A stretch of 30,101 bases of DNA from a virus (Duplodnaviria; Caudoviricetes), in the IMG/VR virus record IMGVR_UViG_3300013126_002685, positions 1 to 30,101 of that record; one strand, written 5' to 3'. Both the position numbers and the translations under genes were made by a program. The notes below the pieces were generated by a model. It was not told the origin of the DNA. It saw only the letters and a program-made list of their open reading frames with translations, and did no database searches. This document shows positions 26,441 to 30,101 of this stretch, piece by piece (the first letter of the stretch is position 1; each line of letters begins with the position of its first letter).

Positions 26441-27047
26441 TCAATATATTATTTTTATAATAATTTATAAACTCTTCCAAAGAGTAAATCTTTTTATCGT
26501 GTTCATAAGAGGAGTTCTGTTCATTTGAGAATAAAATTATGTGTTTCATCCATTTTTTATACTCAGTTATTAGAGCAGTGTTACAAGTTACCAACACATC
26601 AATGTCTTTGAAAATTTTATCAATTGTTTTGTTATTATAGAAAATAACCTCCTCAATTTCACATCCAAACTTGGATAGGAAAAAAAGTGTCGATGGTTTT
26701 GATTTACCAAACTCATCAGAAACAATTACGATTTCATTTTCATCCCTTAATTCCTTATAGATTTTATCCAAACTCACAAAGGTATTCATCTCAGTGGAGG
26801 GGGCATGACCAAAAATTGTCATGGGATTTTCCACATAAATGAAATCATAAAGTTCTTCGTCGGATTTGAACTTGAAGTGGTTTTTAATTATCTCGGTATT
26901 AATTGGTCTAACAACCTCATATTTGAAGTCATCCTCAACTTCTTCTACTCCGACCTCCAACTCCTCGACCATCAATTTTTCGTAAGTGAATTCCAATTTT
27001 TTAATGGTGTCCCGAAGAACACCATTCACTTCAAAAGCAATTCTCAT
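26433..27047 (-). CDS. HAD-superfamily 5'(3')-nucleotidase-like protein with degenerate motif I
   Basis: MRIAFEVNGVLRD in place of DxDGV; IVIVS motif II; TLFFLSKFG. Confidence 0.65.
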   Translation of the reverse strand: MRIAFEVNGVLRDTIKKLEFTYEKLMVEELEVGVEEVEDDFKYEVVRPINTEIIKNHFKFKSDEELYDFIYVENPMTIFGHAPSTEMNTFVSLDKIYKELRDENEIVIVSDEFGKSKPSTLFFLSKFGCEIEEVIFYNNKTIDKIFKDIDVLVTCNTALITEYKKWMKHIILFSNEQNSSYEHDKKIYSLEEFINYYKNNILNV

Positions 27048-27760
27048 TGTTCGTATTTATCCAATATTTTATTGATAAGAGGGTTACGAATAATATCTTT
27101 ATTGTCAAAACTAAAAACACCAATATCCTCCACATCTTTGAACTTCATAAGTGCATCATAAAGACCTGAATGTGTTTTATCCTTATATCGGTCAGTTTGT
27201 TCCAAATCACCCGAAATAAAGAACTTACTGTTAAATCCAATTCTTGTTAAAAGAAGTTTCATTTGTTTTGGGGTGGCATTCTGACCTTCCTCAAAAATTA
27301 ATATGGAATTATCAATATTCATACCTCTCATGTAAGCCAAAGCAAATACCTCAATGATCTCAACCTCCTTCAATTTTTCTCTAGCTTCTTTTCCGATAAT
27401 TTTATTCATAAGGTAATAACTCGGAAAAATATAAGGATCTAACTTTTCTTCCACATTACCAGGAAGAGAACCAAGTTTTTCTTCTGCTTCAACGGCGGGT
27501 CTTACAATAATAATTTTTTCATAACCATTTTCGGGATCACATAAAAGATCTATCGCAGCTCTCATAGCAACAAATGACTTACCAACACCTGCAGGACCTG
27601 AACAAATCGTAATTTGATTCTTACAAAGAATATCATAATATTCCTTTTGAGAATCGGTCAAAAACTTTTTTCGGGGTCTTTTAGTTACAATTGAATTTAT
27701 GAGATCCTTTTTATTAACATAAACTTCTCTTGGTTTAACTTCTTCTTTTTTTCTTTGCAT
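27044..27760 (-). CDS. phoH: PhoH-like ATPase
   Basis: SQKEY, GPAGVGKS, RPAVEAEEKLGSLPG...EK..PY, AYMRG, EEGQN, LLTRIG, GDLEQTD, IIRNPLI. Confidence 0.95.
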   Translation of the reverse strand: MQRKKEEVKPREVYVNKKDLINSIVTKRPRKKFLTDSQKEYYDILCKNQITICSGPAGVGKSFVAMRAAIDLLCDPENGYEKIIIVRPAVEAEEKLGSLPGNVEEKLDPYIFPSYYLMNKIIGKEAREKLKEVEIIEVFALAYMRGMNIDNSILIFEEGQNATPKQMKLLLTRIGFNSKFFISGDLEQTDRYKDKTHSGLYDALMKFKDVEDIGVFSFDNKDIIRNPLINKILDKYEQ

Positions 27761-27769
27761 TTTTTTTTA

Positions 27770-28339
27770 TTATATACCGGTTGATCCGAACCCGTTGGCA
27801 TTTCTGTCCTTCTCTGTCAAATCATCCACTTTATTCAAACTAACAGAATCACCATTCACAACAGGTGTTAGAACCACTTGAGCTATTTTCATACCTTTAT
27901 GAATGCCAACTTCTATAGTGCTTGTATTATACAATATAACCTTAATTTCACCATTGTAACCAGAATCAACAGTTCCTGGTGAATTTAGAACAAAAAGACC
28001 TTTATTTAACGCTAGACCACTTTTGGATCTCACTTGTATTTCATATCCATACGGAATATCAAAAAACAAACCAGTTGAAATTATTGTTCTTGATCCCGGT
28101 GGGAGTGTGGTTTCTTGGTTTGACAAGAGATCAAATCCCGAATCACTACCATAGTGATATGATGGATCAGGATTTTCAGATTTATTGACAAATGAAAGAC
28201 TCATTTTAGGTCTATAATTTTTCATTTGTTCCTCCAAATGATTCAATGTTTCATTGATTTTACTCTGATCAGATGACATATCCATTAAATCCTTGAGTAC
28301 TGACATGGTACTTGTAAAGTTTTTTATATCTTTTATCAT
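27770..28339 (-). CDS. dut: Trimeric dUTPase with ~45-aa N-terminal helical extension
   Basis: Motifs SGFDL, RSKSGLA, GTVDSGYNGEI, IAQVV, RNANGFGSTG. Confidence 0.95.
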   Translation of the reverse strand: MIKDIKNFTSTMSVLKDLMDMSSDQSKINETLNHLEEQMKNYRPKMSLSFVNKSENPDPSYHYGSDSGFDLLSNQETTLPPGSRTIISTGLFFDIPYGYEIQVRSKSGLALNKGLFVLNSPGTVDSGYNGEIKVILYNTSTIEVGIHKGMKIAQVVLTPVVNGDSVSLNKVDDLTEKDRNANGFGSTGI

Positions 28340-29040
28340 TTTAGTTCGAATATTTTTTTTATTATGTGAGCAAGTGCTACAGTATCTTTTTCACAATACT
28401 CAGAAATCACATCTAAATTCTTTGTTTTATAATATAATTCATTCAAGTTTTCACCTGTAATTTCCATTTCTTTTGGTGACTCAATACCCATACTCACACA
28501 TAGAAGGTCAAGTGACCCGATAGAATAAGGGTTGTTATAATTCCAAAGATCCTTTGTGTCAATAGCCTTCACCTCCCAAGGTTTGGTATTATATATCGGG
28601 AAAATCTTTGGTGGTTTCATGTCGTTGATGACAAACCTTTTACCAAGAGTTGGTATGTCAAACAACTTAATATTATGACCACACATATAAAAATCCAATC
28701 GTTCAATACGATTGAACAAGGTTCTGATTTCATTCAGTAATTCAACCTCATCATGATTTGAAAAAGTAGTCTTATGTAATTCTCCTTTTGTATCATAGAA
28801 ACAAAAAGAAGCGGCAACCACCCTTGAGAACTCAGGAACCAAAGCTGCTCTTTTGAAATACCTCTCCTCAGGAGTTATATCACCATCTTCAGGATACCTT
28901 CTTTTGAAGAAATCAATGTAATCAAAAAAAACCTTATGTAACTTCGGTTTTTTTTCTTCTAACTCTTTAAGAGTTTCAAATTCAGAGACTGTTTCAATAT
29001 CGAAAAACAGAATCTTGTCGAGGGGTTTATCTAATGTCAT
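28336..29040 (-). CDS. Stand-alone PolB-like 3'-5' exonuclease (DnaQ/DEDDy)
   Basis: ExoI FFDIET, ExoII GHNIKLFDIP, ExoIII YCEKD. Confidence 0.9.
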   Translation of the reverse strand: MTLDKPLDKILFFDIETVSEFETLKELEEKKPKLHKVFFDYIDFFKRRYPEDGDITPEERYFKRAALVPEFSRVVAASFCFYDTKGELHKTTFSNHDEVELLNEIRTLFNRIERLDFYMCGHNIKLFDIPTLGKRFVINDMKPPKIFPIYNTKPWEVKAIDTKDLWNYNNPYSIGSLDLLCVSMGIESPKEMEITGENLNELYYKTKNLDVISEYCEKDTVALAHIIKKIFELK

Positions 29041-30053
29041 ATTGAATTATAGAAATTTCTACGGTTTTCAGAAAGTACCTTCAAATGGTATTTTGAATTT
29101 ACGGTTTCATAAAGTTGTTCCCCCAAGTCTTCAACCCAACTCGGATTTTCAATCAATTTTTTCATGAATTTACTCCAATCTTTATGATTTTTGTATTCAT
29201 CAACTAACAAACCATTTGCACCTTTTACAAAATTACCTTGATCAAGACCGTGTTTGATGTCGATTGTGTATGGACCAATGTTTGAAGCGATAATTGCTTT
29301 TTTGTAGAATCCAGCTTCGATAACCTTAAGTTGTGACTTCATACGATTAAACATCGTGTTTTTAATCGGGGCCAACGAAACATCAAACTTACTATAATTT
29401 TTAGCGTAAGATGTGACAGGTGCGGTCCAAACTCGTGTGTAAAATGGATCAGGTTCTCCTGTATATTCTTCTTGTTTCCACTTTGTGAGAAATTCTCGTT
29501 GTTTGTCAGAAACAAACTTATAATTTGATGTGAATATTTTTTCGTATTTAGCCCAAACAGTTTCTTCAGGTAAAATTGGTCTTTGTGTTTGTTTTCCCGT
29601 TGATTTATCAATTTCTGTAACAGTACCACGAGTGTCGAATCCACAGATGTAGAGACGATACTTATCCTTCAGTTCTGAAATTTTATCAAAAGTACCTTCA
29701 AGCAACATCAAGTCATGAAGGTGGGAAGACCCCCCAAGCCATCCAAAACGAATTTTATCTGAAGGAATAGTCGGTTCTTTGAATTGTGGTTCTTCGGGAT
29801 CAATACCATTTGCAATTACATGAACATTCTTATTAACATTTTTTCTGATTTCATTTGCGAATAAATCAGTGGTTGTTATGACCCATTCCGCAGCTCTCAA
29901 ATTATTAATAATAAGTTGATCGAACTTCCTTTCTACAACCATTGCATGAGCAGGGTGTTCCATACCAGGCATCCAATAGTCGTCAATATCGCAAACAGTT
30001 TTGATCCCCATATCTTTGAGTTTGAGAATCATTTGTCTTGAACCTTCATAGTC
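29037..30053 (-). CDS. Glycosyltransferase, GT-B fold (GT4-like); N-terminus apparently missing or interrupted
   Basis: VCDIDDYW, RFGWLGGSSHLHDL, DVSLAPI...FNRMKSQLKVIEAG...IIAS; track start ATG 30032, but protein-like frame extends to D-Y-E at 30053 and hits TAA at 30087-30089. Confidence 0.85.
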   Translation of the reverse strand, partial: DYEGSRQMILKLKDMGIKTVCDIDDYWMPGMEHPAHAMVVERKFDQLIINNLRAAEWVITTTDLFANEIRKNVNKNVHVIANGIDPEEPQFKEPTIPSDKIRFGWLGGSSHLHDLMLLEGTFDKISELKDKYRLYICGFDTRGTVTEIDKSTGKQTQRPILPEETVWAKYEKIFTSNYKFVSDKQREFLTKWKQEEYTGEPDPFYTRVWTAPVTSYAKNYSKFDVSLAPIKNTMFNRMKSQLKVIEAGFYKKAIIASNIGPYTIDIKHGLDQGNFVKGANGLLVDEYKNHKDWSKFMKKLIENPSWVEDLGEQLYETVNSKYHLKVLSENRRNFYNSI

Positions 30054-30101
30054 CGTTTTTAAATTCTTATAAAGGGAAACATTACATTAATTTTTAAAAA
30101 A

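Noticed and set aside
27044-27760. phoH as independent proof of phosphate-scavenging function
   Set aside because: phoH is near-ubiquitous in large phages, is often not P-regulated, and here sits mid-operon without a visible Pho-type repeat.
2289-29644. Numerous short antisense or alternate-frame ORFs in the track (e.g. 2289-2678, 4815-5078, 8589-8945, 13271-13573, 21799-22101, 26805-27161)
   Set aside because: Nested in well-supported genes; Ser/Phe-rich shadow translations with no motifs.
1-30101. Possible stop-codon reassignment (no called gene ends in TAG)
   Set aside because: Genes tile the window in standard code 11 with no in-frame TAG or TGA interruptions; TAG avoidance is common in AT-rich phages.
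1-30101. tRNA, rRNA or CRISPR arrays
   Set aside because: Intergenic gaps are at most about 115 bp and none shows a cloverleaf, T-loop GTTCGA context or repeat-spacer structure.

Overview
AT-rich, gene-dense segment of a large T4-like (myovirus-type) dsDNA phage, most likely infecting a Bacteroidota host. The host call rests on a T9SS cargo protein, a Bacteroidota-type TonB-dependent receptor, a Bacteroidia-type bS21, a TAnnTTTG promoter and A-rich, SD-less leaders. The left arm (+ strand, 1-13071) is the head/packaging module: TerL, portal, prohead protease, acidic scaffold, major capsid protein and putative internal proteins, with an antisense ribosomal protein bS21 gene. The right arm (- strand, 17738-30101) carries baseplate/structural genes, a gp55-like late sigma factor, three glycosyltransferases, a degenerate HAD protein, PhoH, dUTPase and a PolB-type exonuclease. 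Between the two convergent arms lies the most striking element: a ~4.4-kb host-like cassette encoding a T9SS-secreted beta-helix protein plus a full-length TonB-dependent receptor, preceded by an 11-bp-periodic CTTAACA direct repeat (Pho-box-like). This suggests a phage-encoded outer-membrane uptake system controlled by host phosphate starvation. Other observations: a recurrent TATTTAT candidate late-promoter motif, a dual-consensus host promoter divergent from bS21, an unannotated 55-aa ORF, and a probable intervening sequence (possible group I intron) in the last glycosyltransferase. All family assignments are from motif recognition, not database searches.
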